Shown: positions 18,450-28,047, counted from the stretch's first letter. The stretch is DNA of 64,000 nucleotides from Parcubacteria group bacterium GW2011_GWA2_47_21 (GCA_001000545.1 LCOC01000005.1:10013-74012), one strand, 5' to 3'. Numbers and translations are program-made. The notes: generated by a model not told the origin, from the sequence alone.

Positions 18450-18857
18450 TTAATGACTCAAGATAAATTTCTGAATCGCCGTTTCCCTTATTTCAAAAAG
18501 TCGTTTCGCTTCGGCAAAAAGTTTCAAAGCGTAAATTTTGAATGCGGCATATAGAGTCGATTTTTTTTGATAGAACAAAACGGAGTTGATCGCCACGTTT
18601 TTCATCAGAAGCGGCGGCGCTTTTTTCAAATCAACTAAGTCAGTTTTTCCGATTTTCAGAATCTCAGAAAGTTCAAACTCCATTCGGACTTGTTCTTCAA
18701 AACTTTTGGGTTGAGCGGAGATAAAACCAAAATCGTAATCGCTTTTTTTGTGAGTTTTGCCGGAAACCTGCGAACCGAACAACACCAACAAGTCCAAGTC
18801 GTGTTTCTCAGCGAATCCCGACGCTTTTTCTTTTATTATCTCTAAATTTTTCACCAT
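18450..18857 (-). CDS. MNT-type nucleotidyltransferase antitoxin (second pair)
   Basis: LFGSQVSGKTHKKSDYDFG nucleotidyltransferase signature; directly upstream of HepT. Confidence 0.7.
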   Translation of the reverse strand: MVKNLEIIKEKASGFAEKHDLDLLVLFGSQVSGKTHKKSDYDFGFISAQPKSFEEQVRMEFELSEILKIGKTDLVDLKKAPPLLMKNVAINSVLFYQKKSTLYAAFKIYALKLFAEAKRLFEIRETAIQKFILSH

Positions 18858-19010
18858 CTTATAATATCACAAGATATCGATATTTACCAAAAACCGGTGA
18901 TAGCAAAACGGCGGCGAGGATGGCAGCGAAAAGTTTTTGGGATTTTGCGCGCCCTGTTAGGCAAAACGAAGGTTTAGCTTCGTTTTATCTTATGCATACC
19001 CCCCCTCAAT

Positions 19011-19439
19011 CTACGGGCAGGTCTCAAACACAAACTTGCTGCCGGTAACCTGGCCGACTGTTTCGTTTAAGACCGTAGCGATAAGCCACGACCCCAATAA
19101 TACCGCCGTGCCGATAACCGCGCCGACAAAGGCGGTGCGGGCATTTTTTAGCGCCGCGGTGTCCCCTCCCGCCGTTACAAACAGAAAACCGGAGTAAATG
19201 ATAAATACGGCGGCGACAATAATGCCAATTTTAAGGAGGATATTAATGAACCCTTTGAGAAAACAGTAGATTGATGTTGAACAAAGGGGGTTGGGGAATC
19301 CCGTGCCCTCTCCTATGCTCCCGCCTGCCGGCGGCGTGCAGGCCGCGAGGACAAGCGCCGGCGCAATCGCGGTTAATAAAAGAATCAAAACCAGCGCCGG
19401 TATTTTTATTTTTTTGAAAAATTTGTTGAAAAACGCCAT
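19011..19439 (-). CDS. Divergent VirB2/TrbC-like small membrane protein paralog
   Basis: Signal peptide then VFIIYSGFLFVTAGGDTAALKNARTAFVGAVIGTAVLLGSWLIATVL (helix-AGGD loop-helix). Confidence 0.45.
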   Translation of the reverse strand: MAFFNKFFKKIKIPALVLILLLTAIAPALVLAACTPPAGGSIGEGTGFPNPLCSTSIYCFLKGFINILLKIGIIVAAVFIIYSGFLFVTAGGDTAALKNARTAFVGAVIGTAVLLGSWLIATVLNETVGQVTGSKFVFETCP

Positions 19440-19480
19440 AAATTCAATTCGGCCGAACTAAATTGTAACATATCGCCGCC

Positions 19481-19969
19481 CTACGGAAGATTCGAGAGTT
19501 GATAACCTGCCTTGGCGAGAACGGAAAGAATCGTGTCCACGATTAGCCAAGCGGTCAAAACCAGCACGAATCCTATAGCCGCATTTTTGAAAATCTTGTG
19601 GGCTTGCTTGATTTGGCCGACATCCCCGCCGGCGGTCATATATTTAAAACCGGCGAAAGCGAAAAGAAGAACGGCAATTAAAACGCTCATGTAAATCATG
19701 AAGTCCAGGAGATTATTCGCCAGAGCGACGGCGCCGTTCCAGTTACATTCCTCCATTGTGTTGGCATACGCCGGCCCATCATATGGGGCTACTCTGGTTG
19801 GCGGACCGCCTCCGGCCGGGTTTTCAATTTTACCGTCTCCATTCAAATCGTACCCGCACGGCACAAGCGCCTCTCCGGGTTTCCAAGCGAAAACCGCCGT
19901 TGGAACAAAAGTAAGCAAGACCACTACTACTCCGCAAAAGACCAAAAAAATATTTAGAGGGCGAGCCAT
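19481..19969 (-). CDS. Divergent VirB2/TrbC-like small membrane protein paralog
   Basis: LFAFAGFKYMTAGGDVGQIKQAHKIFKNAAIGFVLVLTAWLIVDTIL after signal peptide and Gly/Pro-rich segment. Confidence 0.45.
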   Translation of the reverse strand: MARPLNIFLVFCGVVVVLLTFVPTAVFAWKPGEALVPCGYDLNGDGKIENPAGGGPPTRVAPYDGPAYANTMEECNWNGAVALANNLLDFMIYMSVLIAVLLFAFAGFKYMTAGGDVGQIKQAHKIFKNAAIGFVLVLTAWLIVDTILSVLAKAGYQLSNLP

Positions 19970-19973
19970 TAAG

Positions 19974-20249
19974 TTATTTTACTATTAACTGAAGTCCCAA
20001 ACCATTAGTAACTTTTTTCAAAAAGGAAAGAGTCGGGTTAATCCTGCCCGACTCAAAACGAGCAAGCGCCGATTGCGTTACGCCAATCCTGCCCGCCAGC
20101 TGTTTTTGGGTTACCTTTTTATTTATTCGGGCCCGAATCATTGATTCGATAATGCGAAATTCCAAATCAATATCGGCTAATGCTTTTCGCACCCCTGCCC
20201 GTTTCAAAGAGGCCCGCTTAAATTGTTCAAATGTCTTCATTTTAATCAC
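19974..20249 (-). CDS. XRE-family HTH antitoxin (HigA-like)
   Basis: HTH block VTQKQLAGRIGVTQSALARFESGRINPTLSFLKKVTNGLG; immediately downstream of RelE/HigB-like gene. Confidence 0.65.
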   Translation of the reverse strand: MIKMKTFEQFKRASLKRAGVRKALADIDLEFRIIESMIRARINKKVTQKQLAGRIGVTQSALARFESGRINPTLSFLKKVTNGLGLQLIVK

Positions 20250-20275
20250 AAGGTCAATATAACATATACGCTATA

Positions 20276-20614
20276 TCAACGCAACCGCTTTTTCAACTGC
20301 AACACATAGTCAATCTCTTTTTTAGGAATCTTATTCGTCTTTTTAATAAGAGCGTGCAAAACCATGACTTCATCATTACGGTAAACAAAGAAAATTCTTA
20401 TATGCTTCACCCCAATCACTCGTAGCTCAAATATCCCTTGAGCCAGATATTTTGTATGCGGATATGCGGCAGTATTTCCGTATTTTTCAAGCAAACTTAA
20501 TGACCTGTTTATTCTAGCAACTGAACTATCGTCTAATGATAAAAGAAAGTCATAGGTCTTTGAAAAAAGAAATTTAATTTCCCTGCGCGCATTTAAGTAA
20601 TTCTTATCGTCCAA
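20276..20614 (-). CDS. RelE/ParE-superfamily toxin, HigB/Gp49-like
   Basis: Resembles phage Gp49/HigB family (GIFELRVIGVKHIRIFFVYRNDEVMVLHALIKKTNKIPKKEI); toxin-first, HTH-second order typical of higBA. Confidence 0.55.
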   Translation of the reverse strand: MDDKNYLNARREIKFLFSKTYDFLLSLDDSSVARINRSLSLLEKYGNTAAYPHTKYLAQGIFELRVIGVKHIRIFFVYRNDEVMVLHALIKKTNKIPKKEIDYVLQLKKRLR

Positions 20615-21890
20615 TCAGCGCGCTAAGTTCCGTGTTGGCTTGGCCGACCGCCTCGCTCACGCTTAAGCGGCCGGTAACCACCGCTTCAACCATCCGCTGG
20701 AAAATGGCGGACGTGGCGGATGGCGACGGGTCAGGCCAGCCCCTCGCCCAAAGCGCCGATTGGTCAAAAATGGCCCGCGCCGGATTGGTCTGGTCGGTGA
20801 AAAGCAAATCGCGCCTCGCCGACGGCAGGCCGGTCTTCGCGGACCACAGAAGTCCCGCGTTTTTATCAGTCAGCAAATAAATCCGGCTGACGGCGGCGGA
20901 GATGTTTCGGGAGGTTTTAAGAACCGCAACGGCGCGCATTTTACCGAAAGTGATTTTGTTCTTGGAATCCTTAAGCTGGGGAAGGCGGGAGACATCAAAA
21001 TTCAAATTGGGATTTTTCTCCCGAATCTCCTTAAATTCCGAAGCGAAACCGATGTAAATCGGCAAGGCGCCGGCCAGAAAATAATCTTTGGCCGGCGGAA
21101 AACTTTTATTCCACGAATAAACGGTCTTAAGCGGATTGGCAAAATCGGTGTAAAAACTCAAGACGGAAACAGCCGGATAAAGTTGCCCGACTGAATCCGC
21201 CAAAACCGCGTTAAAACCCTCGGGTGTCTTACCGATAATCGGCGTCCCCGCTTGAAGCAGGAGGGCCGAAAGAATCTCTTTGGCGTGGTTCACATTGCCG
21301 TATTCGCCGAAAGCCAAAGCGGGACTTACGACTTCGCCTTTTTCCGTTCGTTTGGCCAAACGGGAAACGACATAAAACATCTCCTCCCAAAATTCCGGCG
21401 GTCTGGGCAAACCGGCGGCCGAGAAAGAATCGCGGTTCCAATAAAGCACCAGCGGGTCAACGGAGAGGGGCAGGGCGGCGACGCCTTGCTCGGTTAGAAA
21501 CATCCCCCCTTCCTCAAGGAAAGTGTCTTTGAAGTCGCGAATCGGGTAGGAGTCGTAGGGAATGACCATCAACCGACTGGCAACGGCGGTAAAAAAGGAC
21601 TCCGGAAAAATGACAATGTCCGGCGCCACGCCATCGGCGATGGCGCTGATTAAATCCCGCTCAAAAGCCGCTTCGCTTTTGGCGACATAGACATTGGCGG
21701 TTTCGGTCTCCTGCGAGAACGACTCAACAAACGCGGAGTAGCTCGCGTCCGTGGGACCCCAGATTGTCAAATTAACGGCGCCCGGACCGCTTTTCCCTCC
21801 TTTATAAAGGGCAAAAGAAGCAACGCCCGCCAAAATGGCTACAAAAAACAGGCCGAGCAAAACCAGTTGGAATTTCGTCAAATTTTTCAT
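20604..21890 (-). CDS. Extracellular solute-binding protein (ABC-type SBP family 1-like), orphan
   Basis: N-terminal signal/anchor, LTIWGP and ALPLSVDPLVLYWNRD blocks typical of sugar-type SBPs; no permease/ATPase adjacent. Confidence 0.45.
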   Translation of the reverse strand: MKNLTKFQLVLLGLFFVAILAGVASFALYKGGKSGPGAVNLTIWGPTDASYSAFVESFSQETETANVYVAKSEAAFERDLISAIADGVAPDIVIFPESFFTAVASRLMVIPYDSYPIRDFKDTFLEEGGMFLTEQGVAALPLSVDPLVLYWNRDSFSAAGLPRPPEFWEEMFYVVSRLAKRTEKGEVVSPALAFGEYGNVNHAKEILSALLLQAGTPIIGKTPEGFNAVLADSVGQLYPAVSVLSFYTDFANPLKTVYSWNKSFPPAKDYFLAGALPIYIGFASEFKEIREKNPNLNFDVSRLPQLKDSKNKITFGKMRAVAVLKTSRNISAAVSRIYLLTDKNAGLLWSAKTGLPSARRDLLFTDQTNPARAIFDQSALWARGWPDPSPSATSAIFQRMVEAVVTGRLSVSEAVGQANTELSALIGR

Positions 21891-22414
21891 AGTTTTCTGG
21901 CGGTGAAGCCGTAGTGGTGAGCGCCGGCCAAGAAATTGGCTACGATTTCAAAACCGGATTTCTTAAAAATTTCCTTGGCCGATGCCGGAGGGACAACCAT
22001 ATTTGCCGTTGGCCCCAAATTGCCGAAGGACTCCGACCAATCAATAACAAACGCCCGGCCCCCTTTCTTCAAAATCCTCTTTACTTCGGACACGAGACCG
22101 GCTTTATTTTCCGCTTGAAACAAAACATTGGAGACAACGGCGGCGTCCAAGGAGTCGTCTTTGAGTTTTGTCCCGCCGATTTTTTCCGCGTCGCCCCAAA
22201 TAATTTCCAGATTATTGAGGTGCCCCTCCGCCGCCAAGCTCTTAAGCCGCGTGAGAAGATTCTCTTGCACATCAACGGCAAAAACCCGCCCGGAATCGCC
22301 GACGGCCTTCGCCAGAACCATTGAATACGCTCCGGAACCGGCGCCGATGTCGGCTACCTGCATGCCGGGTATTATGCCAAGCTGGTCAACGATGGATTGA
22401 GGGTTTAGGAACAT
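21887..22414 (-). CDS. Class I SAM-dependent methyltransferase (small, substrate unknown)
   Basis: Motif I VADIGAGSGAYS, motif post-I AVDVQ; 175 aa. Confidence 0.75.
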   Translation of the reverse strand: MFLNPQSIVDQLGIIPGMQVADIGAGSGAYSMVLAKAVGDSGRVFAVDVQENLLTRLKSLAAEGHLNNLEIIWGDAEKIGGTKLKDDSLDAAVVSNVLFQAENKAGLVSEVKRILKKGGRAFVIDWSESFGNLGPTANMVVPPASAKEIFKKSGFEIVANFLAGAHHYGFTARKL

Positions 22415-22450
22415 AGCTTCATAGCTTCATAGCTTCATAGCTTCATAGCT
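22415..22450 (-). repeat. Tandem 8-mer (ATGAAGCT on minus strand) x4.5 immediately upstream of the methyltransferase start codon, creating five in-register-shifted ATGs
   Basis: + strand AGCTTCAT x4 + AGCT directly 3' of CAT start (22412-22414); on the minus strand each unit reads ATG AAG CTA TGA (M K L stop) with TGA overlapping the next ATG. Confidence 0.9.
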
Positions 22451-22561
22451 AAAACAAATATGTCTTGAAACCAGTAATTATTTTCACTACCGCTACGATG
22501 ATGAAACTACCTTAAAAGTATACACTAAAATTATACACCAGTTATACACTGGCAAAGAACA

Positions 22562-22600
22562 CCGTGCCTGCCGGCGCGCAACGCGCGCCGGCAGGCACGG
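22562..22600. other. GC-rich perfect 18-bp-arm hairpin between gyrA 3' end and methyltransferase promoter region
   Basis: CCGTGCCTGCCGGCGCGC-aac-GCGCGCCGGCAGGCACGG; member of CCTGCC...GGCAGG palindrome family. Confidence 0.85.
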
Positions 22601-22608
22601 GAAACTAT

Positions 22609-22642
22609 GAAGCTAACGAAGCTAACGAAGCTAACGAAGCTA
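22609..22642. repeat. Tandem 9-mer (GAAGCTAAC) x3.5 abutting gyrA stop codon
   Basis: GAAGCTAACGAAGCTAACGAAGCTAACGAAGCTAAAT; + strand ORF 22607-22807 ([12 protein letters not shown]...) is just the translation of this repeat. Confidence 0.9.
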
Positions 22643-25096
22643 AATGGTAATAACCGATGCCAGCGAGTCCCCTTCTCTAAGTTTCATTATCCGAACCCCT
22701 TGGGTTTGCCGGCCGAGCGTTGGAATCTCTTTGAGAGCCACCCGAATCACTTGGCCTTTTTTGGAAATCGCCACCAATTCTGTTTCTTCATCGGTAACAA
22801 CCTTTGAGGTGATAAGCGAACCGGTCTTAGCCGTTACTTTGGCGGTCTTGATGCCCGAACCGCCTCGCTTTTGGATTTTGTATTCTTTGAGCTCGGAAAG
22901 CTTGCCGTAGCCATTCTCCGAAATGACAAGGAGCCGGGGGTTCGTCGCGGCCTTCCTCACGACATCGGCGCCGACGACAAAATCGCCCTTGCCGAGCCGC
23001 ACCGCCCGGACCCCGCCCGCGCCCCGCCCCATCACCCGAATATCGGACTCTTTGAAATGGATGGATTGACCTTTCCCCGTCGCCACCGCCGCTTCATCAC
23101 CCTTACCCACGAACGCGGCGTGCTTGAGCTCATCTCCCTGGTCTAAGCGGATGGCGATGATGCCGCTTCGCCTCACATCGTGGAAACCCTTTGAATCCAC
23201 TTTCTTGGCCACGCCGGCTTTAGTCACCATAAGTATGGCCGCTTCGGCTGCTTTGATTTCTTTAGGCATCGGCAAAACGGAAGTGACTTTTTCCTCGGCG
23301 GCCAGAGCCAGAAAATTCATAATGGACTTGCCTTTTGTTGCCCGCCGGCCTTCCGGAATCTCATACATTTTTATCTGATAGGCCTTGCCGCGGTCGGTGA
23401 AAAACAGAAGCTCGCTGTGAGTCGTGGTCGTAAGAAACATAGTCACAAAGTCCTCTTCTTTAGTGTCCAAATCAACCACCCCGACGCCCCCGCGGCGCTG
23501 TTTGCGGTACTCCTCCGGGTCGGTGCGCTTCACATAACCGCCCTTGGTAAGCACCAAAACGCTTTCTTCGTCGGCCACCAAATCCTCCATAGAGAAGCTC
23601 GCCGCCGCCGATTTGACGATTCTGGTCTTGCGCGGGTCGCCGTATTTCTCTTTGATTTCTTTGAATTCGTCTTTGATACTACCTAGAATTTTTTTCGGAT
23701 GAGCAAGGATGTCTTTGAGTTTGGCGATGAGCTCTTGGACACTCTTAAGCTCGTCCTCTATTTTCTTACGCTCCAAGCCCGCCAAGCGGGAAAGTTTCAT
23801 TTCCAAAATCGCCAGCGCCTGTCTTTCCGAAAACTTGAAGGACTTCATAAGGCCGGCTTTGGCTTCCTCCACGTCTTTAGATTTCTTTATTAACTTGATG
23901 ATTTCATCAATGTGGTCAAGGGCCTTCTTGAGGCCTAAGAGAATGTGCTCGCGGTCTTCCGCTTTGGCTAGGTCAAATTTCGTCCGTCGCTCTATCACCA
24001 CTTGGCGGTGAGAAACAAATTCTTCTAAAATGGATTTTAAGGAAAGGGTTTGAGGCACGCCGTTCACGAGCGCCACCATATTGAAATGGAAAGTGTCTTC
24101 CAGAGCGGTATGTTTGTAAAGAAAATTCAAAACGGTCTGGGGATGAGCGCCGTTCTTGAGGTCAATGACAATCCGAATATCGCGGGTGGACTCGTCGCGG
24201 AGCCCCTTAATGCCGTCCAATTTTTTCTCCCTGACCAAGTCGGCGATTTTCTCTATGAGGTCGGCTTTGTTGACGCGGTAAGGGATGGAGGTGATGACGA
24301 TTTGGAAAGCGCCGGCTTTCGTCTCAACAATTTCCGCTTCACCTCGGGCAACGACTCCGCCTTTCCCCGTGCTGTAAGCGTGGCGAATGTCATCCGCGCC
24401 AAAAATCACCCCGCCGGTCGGAAAATCGGGACCTTTGACGAATTTAAGCAAACCATCGGTGGTCATATCCGGGTCGTCTATTAGAGCGGACGCGGCATCC
24501 ACCACTTCGCCTAAGTTGTGAGTCGGAATGTTGGAAGCCATACCAACGGCGATGCCTAGCGTGCCGTTTAGAAGGAGTACCGGCACGGCGGCGGGCAAAA
24601 CTATCGGCTCTTTTTTGGTGCCGTCGTAATTGGGGCGAAAATCAACCGTGTCCTTCTCAATGTCCCGCAAAAGCTCGCCGGCGATTTTTGACATCTTGCA
24701 TTCGGTGTATCGGTACGCCGCCGCACTGTCGCCATCAATTGAACCCCAGTTGCCTTGGCCGATGACCAGTGGATATCTGATAGAAAAATCCTGAACCATT
24801 TTCACCATTGATTCATAGACGGCGGCGTCGCCGTGGGGATGATAACTGCCTAACACATCGCCGACCACCGTCGCCGATTTCTTAAATTTCGCCGAGGCCG
24901 TCAAACCCTTCTCGTGCATCACGTAAAGAATCCGCCGGTGGACCGGCTTTAAGCCGTCTCGCACATCAGGCAAAGCGCGGGCTGTTATCACCGACATGGC
25001 GTAATCCAAATACGCCTCTTTCATCTCCGTGCTGATATTTTGGAGTATCACGGCGCGAGCCACCGGCGCGCTTTTTGGTTCGGATTCTTTGGACAT
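22640..25096 (-). CDS. gyrA: DNA gyrase subunit A
   Basis: 818 aa; GyrA N-terminal blocks ([40 protein letters not shown], active-site Tyr region AAYRYTE) and C-terminal beta-pinwheel repeats. Confidence 0.95.
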   Translation of the reverse strand: MSKESEPKSAPVARAVILQNISTEMKEAYLDYAMSVITARALPDVRDGLKPVHRRILYVMHEKGLTASAKFKKSATVVGDVLGSYHPHGDAAVYESMVKMVQDFSIRYPLVIGQGNWGSIDGDSAAAYRYTECKMSKIAGELLRDIEKDTVDFRPNYDGTKKEPIVLPAAVPVLLLNGTLGIAVGMASNIPTHNLGEVVDAASALIDDPDMTTDGLLKFVKGPDFPTGGVIFGADDIRHAYSTGKGGVVARGEAEIVETKAGAFQIVITSIPYRVNKADLIEKIADLVREKKLDGIKGLRDESTRDIRIVIDLKNGAHPQTVLNFLYKHTALEDTFHFNMVALVNGVPQTLSLKSILEEFVSHRQVVIERRTKFDLAKAEDREHILLGLKKALDHIDEIIKLIKKSKDVEEAKAGLMKSFKFSERQALAILEMKLSRLAGLERKKIEDELKSVQELIAKLKDILAHPKKILGSIKDEFKEIKEKYGDPRKTRIVKSAAASFSMEDLVADEESVLVLTKGGYVKRTDPEEYRKQRRGGVGVVDLDTKEEDFVTMFLTTTTHSELLFFTDRGKAYQIKMYEIPEGRRATKGKSIMNFLALAAEEKVTSVLPMPKEIKAAEAAILMVTKAGVAKKVDSKGFHDVRRSGIIAIRLDQGDELKHAAFVGKGDEAAVATGKGQSIHFKESDIRVMGRGAGGVRAVRLGKGDFVVGADVVRKAATNPRLLVISENGYGKLSELKEYKIQKRGGSGIKTAKVTAKTGSLITSKVVTDEETELVAISKKGQVIRVALKEIPTLGRQTQGVRIMKLREGDSLASVITI

Positions 25097-25144
25097 AAGC
25101 GGCTATATTTTAGCAGAAAAAGCCGGCTTAAGCCAGCTTGAGTT

Positions 25145-25426
25145 CTAATTAGAAATCGCGTCGCTTGACGTCGCCAACGCCCCGAAATTTTCTTTAATCG
25201 CCTTAAACGATTCGCCGAAAGTGGAAAAACTTTCTTTCAGAACATTGAAAGGATTTTCGGTCTCTGCCCGTTTCTTTGCCTCGGCGTTAACCGCCAATTT
25301 GACTCGTAAATTGACAAGCCAAAAACCGGTAACGATGACGGTAAAAATGACAGTTACCGCCAAAGCAATCTGCCGCCTCCGCTCCGCCGGCAACCTCCTC
25401 AAGTTGTCTAGAATATTAAAAAACAT
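25145..25426 (-). CDS. Small hypothetical membrane protein
   Basis: One hydrophobic helix (IALAVTVIFTVIVTGFWLV); no recognisable motif. Confidence 0.3.
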   Translation of the reverse strand: MFFNILDNLRRLPAERRRQIALAVTVIFTVIVTGFWLVNLRVKLAVNAEAKKRAETENPFNVLKESFSTFGESFKAIKENFGALATSSDAISN

Positions 25427-25531
25427 GGAAAAAATAATAGGTAAGCGAGGTCAATTTGCTAGTAGCTGCAAGTTGAAAAAATCTTAAATCCTAAACAAAC
25501 CCCCAAATCATTTGTATATTGGTATAGTCAT

Positions 25532-26182
25532 TTATGGCTCTTTGAGCACCACTATCTCTCCCTCCTTGCCCTCCAAATCCTTTTTCTTGACTGTAAGCTT
25601 TTCAATGGGTTTGACTCCCTCGGCGCCGCTTTCTTTTAGAAAATTTTTAAGCGCATTGGGAACGCCAATCTCGCCAAAGTGAATCGGAATAATAATTTTC
25701 GGCTCTATCGCGACGGAGAGTTTATAGGCCTCGGCGGGAGTCAAAACGCCCTCGCCGCCAATCGGTATGAATAGAATATCAACATTATCAATCGCCTCAT
25801 TGGCTTCATGGGGCAAATCCTTGGTGTTTATCGCCCCCAAGTAACAGAGATTCATACCCTCCAAAGAAATCTGGTAGACGGTGTTTATTCTGTCGGCGGC
25901 AGCCGGTTTCTTGCCGTCATAACGGGAGGCGGATAAAAAACCTTTGATGAGCACGTCTTTAATTTCGTATTCACCCGGCCCTTGGACGATAAACGGCTGC
26001 TTGTCGCCAAACGCTGCTGCTTCAAAGCCGTTCGTATCCGCGTGATTTAGAGAAATCAAAGTCATATCAGCGCCGAACCGCGCCGCTTTTAAATTTGATT
26101 CTTTGGAAATAGGCCCGAGAGCGATGACGGTATTGCCGAATTGGAGCCGCACGCATTCCGCGCCATGGTAAGTGATTATCAT
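25532..26182 (-). CDS. MBL-fold metal-dependent hydrolase (UPF0173-like)
   Basis: MIITYHGAECVRLQF... start and overall pattern of beta-lactamase-fold hydrolases. Confidence 0.5.
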   Translation of the reverse strand: MIITYHGAECVRLQFGNTVIALGPISKESNLKAARFGADMTLISLNHADTNGFEAAAFGDKQPFIVQGPGEYEIKDVLIKGFLSASRYDGKKPAAADRINTVYQISLEGMNLCYLGAINTKDLPHEANEAIDNVDILFIPIGGEGVLTPAEAYKLSVAIEPKIIIPIHFGEIGVPNALKNFLKESGAEGVKPIEKLTVKKKDLEGKEGEIVVLKEP

Positions 26183-26507
26183 ACGACTATTATATAACAG
26201 GAATGCCGCGAATGAAAAACAAAGTGTCGCAAATCAACTGCCCAGAAGAGCGTGCTCTAAGTTGATTCACAAATATAAGCTGGCGTAACCTGTGAAAATC
26301 AGTTCTTCATAAATTGTGAGGAACTGATTTTCACAGAATCATAAAAACCCAAACTCACCCTCATGTTTCCCAAGGAAAAAATCTTTTGAAATCTTTTGCG
26401 AAACTCCGAGCGAAGAAGTTCGCCAAACGCGTAAGTCCAGAAATAGACAAAATGCGCTTTTCCCTTATACTACTCCTATTAACAACGCTGAAGCCGGTTA
26501 ACCCCGT

Positions 26508-27740
26508 TTGAGGCCGAAACGACTGCCAAACGGACACTACGCTTCGCAAAAACAAATGACCATAAAAGAGGATGTTAAGAAAAATAATAAAGTCGGCGAA
26601 AATGATTCAATAGACATTGGAAAAGAGGAAAATTTAGAAAAAAACGAGAGCGGTTTAGCCCCCAAAAAAGACGGGCTGATGACGAAACTTATCGGCAGTT
26701 CGGCTAATCCCCCGCAAGCCGGCGATTTGGTGGAAGGTCAAGTAAGCGCCGTGGAAAAAGCCGCTGTCTACGTGGATTTGCCGCCGTTCGGGGCCGGCAT
26801 TATTTATGGCCGGGAATACCAAAACGCCCGCGATTTGGTCAAAAAAATCCAAATCGGCGACAAGATTACGGCAAAGGTGGTAGACGCCGGCAATGAAAAC
26901 GGTTACATAGAATTATCTCTCCGCGAAGCCCGCCAAGCCCTTGTCTGGAACGAGGCCGAAGTGGCCATTAAAGAGCAGAAGGTGTTTGAATTGCCGATTA
27001 AAGACGCCAATAAAGGCGGCTTAATTATTGAGTGGCAAGGCATAGTCGGTTTCCTGCCCGCTTCCCAGCTTAAAAGCGAACACTACCCGAGAGTTGAGGG
27101 CGGCGACAAAGACAAGATTTTGGACGAACTCAAGAAGTTGGTCGGCACGCGCATGTCAGTCGCCATCATCACTGCGCTCCCCAAAGAGGGTAAATTGATT
27201 TTCTCCGAAAAGACATCCGAGGAGAAAGAGAAAGGCAAGATGGTGGAGAAATACAGCGTCGGCGACGAGTTGGCCGGCGTGGTAACCGGCATTGTTGACT
27301 TCGGCGTCTTCATCAAACTTGAAGACAATCTGGAGGGCTTGGTTCATATTTCAGAAATTGATTGGGGTTTGGTGGAAGACCCGCGAAAAATGTGCAAAGT
27401 CGGCGACCATGTGAAAGTAAAAGTCATTGAAGTCAAAGACGGCAAAGTGTCTCTTTCAATCAAGGCCTTAAAACCGAACCCGTGGATTGACGCGGCGACC
27501 AAATATAAAAAAGGCGACACGGTCAAGGGCATCATCATTAAATACAACAAGCACGGCGCGCTCGCTTCAATAGAAGAGGGAGTGGCCGGCTTGGTCCACA
27601 TCTCGGAATTCGGCGGAAGCGAGGAGAAACTCCGCGCGGCGCTTGAACTGGGCAAAGGATACGATTTCAAAATCGCCCTTTTTGACGCCAAAGAAATGAA
27701 GATGGCGCTCTCCTTTGCGGAGGCGAGTAAGAAGCAGTGA
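26508..27740 (+). CDS. rpsA: S1 RNA-binding domain protein (ribosomal protein S1-like, 4-5 S1 repeats)
   Basis: Repeated S1 motifs: GDLVEGQVSAVEKAAVYVDL, GDKITAKVVD, GDELAGVVTGIVDFGVFIKLEDNLEGLVHISEI, GDHVKVKVIEV, GDTVKGIIIKYNKHGALASIEEGVAGLVHISEF. Confidence 0.75.
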   Translation: MRPKRLPNGHYASQKQMTIKEDVKKNNKVGENDSIDIGKEENLEKNESGLAPKKDGLMTKLIGSSANPPQAGDLVEGQVSAVEKAAVYVDLPPFGAGIIYGREYQNARDLVKKIQIGDKITAKVVDAGNENGYIELSLREARQALVWNEAEVAIKEQKVFELPIKDANKGGLIIEWQGIVGFLPASQLKSEHYPRVEGGDKDKILDELKKLVGTRMSVAIITALPKEGKLIFSEKTSEEKEKGKMVEKYSVGDELAGVVTGIVDFGVFIKLEDNLEGLVHISEIDWGLVEDPRKMCKVGDHVKVKVIEVKDGKVSLSIKALKPNPWIDAATKYKKGDTVKGIIIKYNKHGALASIEEGVAGLVHISEFGGSEEKLRAALELGKGYDFKIALFDAKEMKMALSFAEASKKQ

Positions 27741-27901
27741 GAAGTTGTGTTGTCAATGTTTCTTTAAATTCCGTCTTTAAAAAAAGAAACGGGGCCGCTT
27801 CGCGGGCGGGGCATTAAAACCCTGCCCTTTGGAAACTCTTGCCCCCGCAGCCAGCTGCGGGGAAAGCTCCTGTATTCTAAAGACATTGTAAAAACACTCC
27901 C

Positions 27902-27928
27902 CCGTGTCAACCTGCCAGGTTGACACGG
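27902..27928. repeat. Third copy of GTCAACCTGCCAGGTTGAC palindrome (13-bp-stem hairpin) at convergent gene junction rpsA/pth
   Basis: CCGTGTCAACCTG-C-CAGGTTGACACGG. Confidence 0.85.
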
Positions 27929-28047
27929 AAATATGGCTTAACAAAAGCTTGGGCGCATCAGATTCTCCCAAACCGATTTGGGAGGAGCTGATGCTCCCAA
28001 AATGCTCCCGAAGACGGTGTTCCCGGAAGCTGAAAAATTAATGGGAG

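Noticed and set aside
14892-19969. Type IV (PilA-like) pilins or CRISPR-associated small proteins for the paralog array
   Set aside because: No prepilin-peptidase G/FTLIE motif; topology is signal peptide + two helices with charged loop, matching VirB2/TrbC-like rather than type IV pilins.
22415-22642. CRISPR array suggested by short tandem repeats
   Set aside because: Units are 8-9 bp head-to-tail with no spacers; simple sequence repeats, not CRISPR.
22607-22807. [15 protein letters not shown]...
   Set aside because: Translation of the 9-mer tandem repeat antisense to the gyrA 3' end; not a gene.
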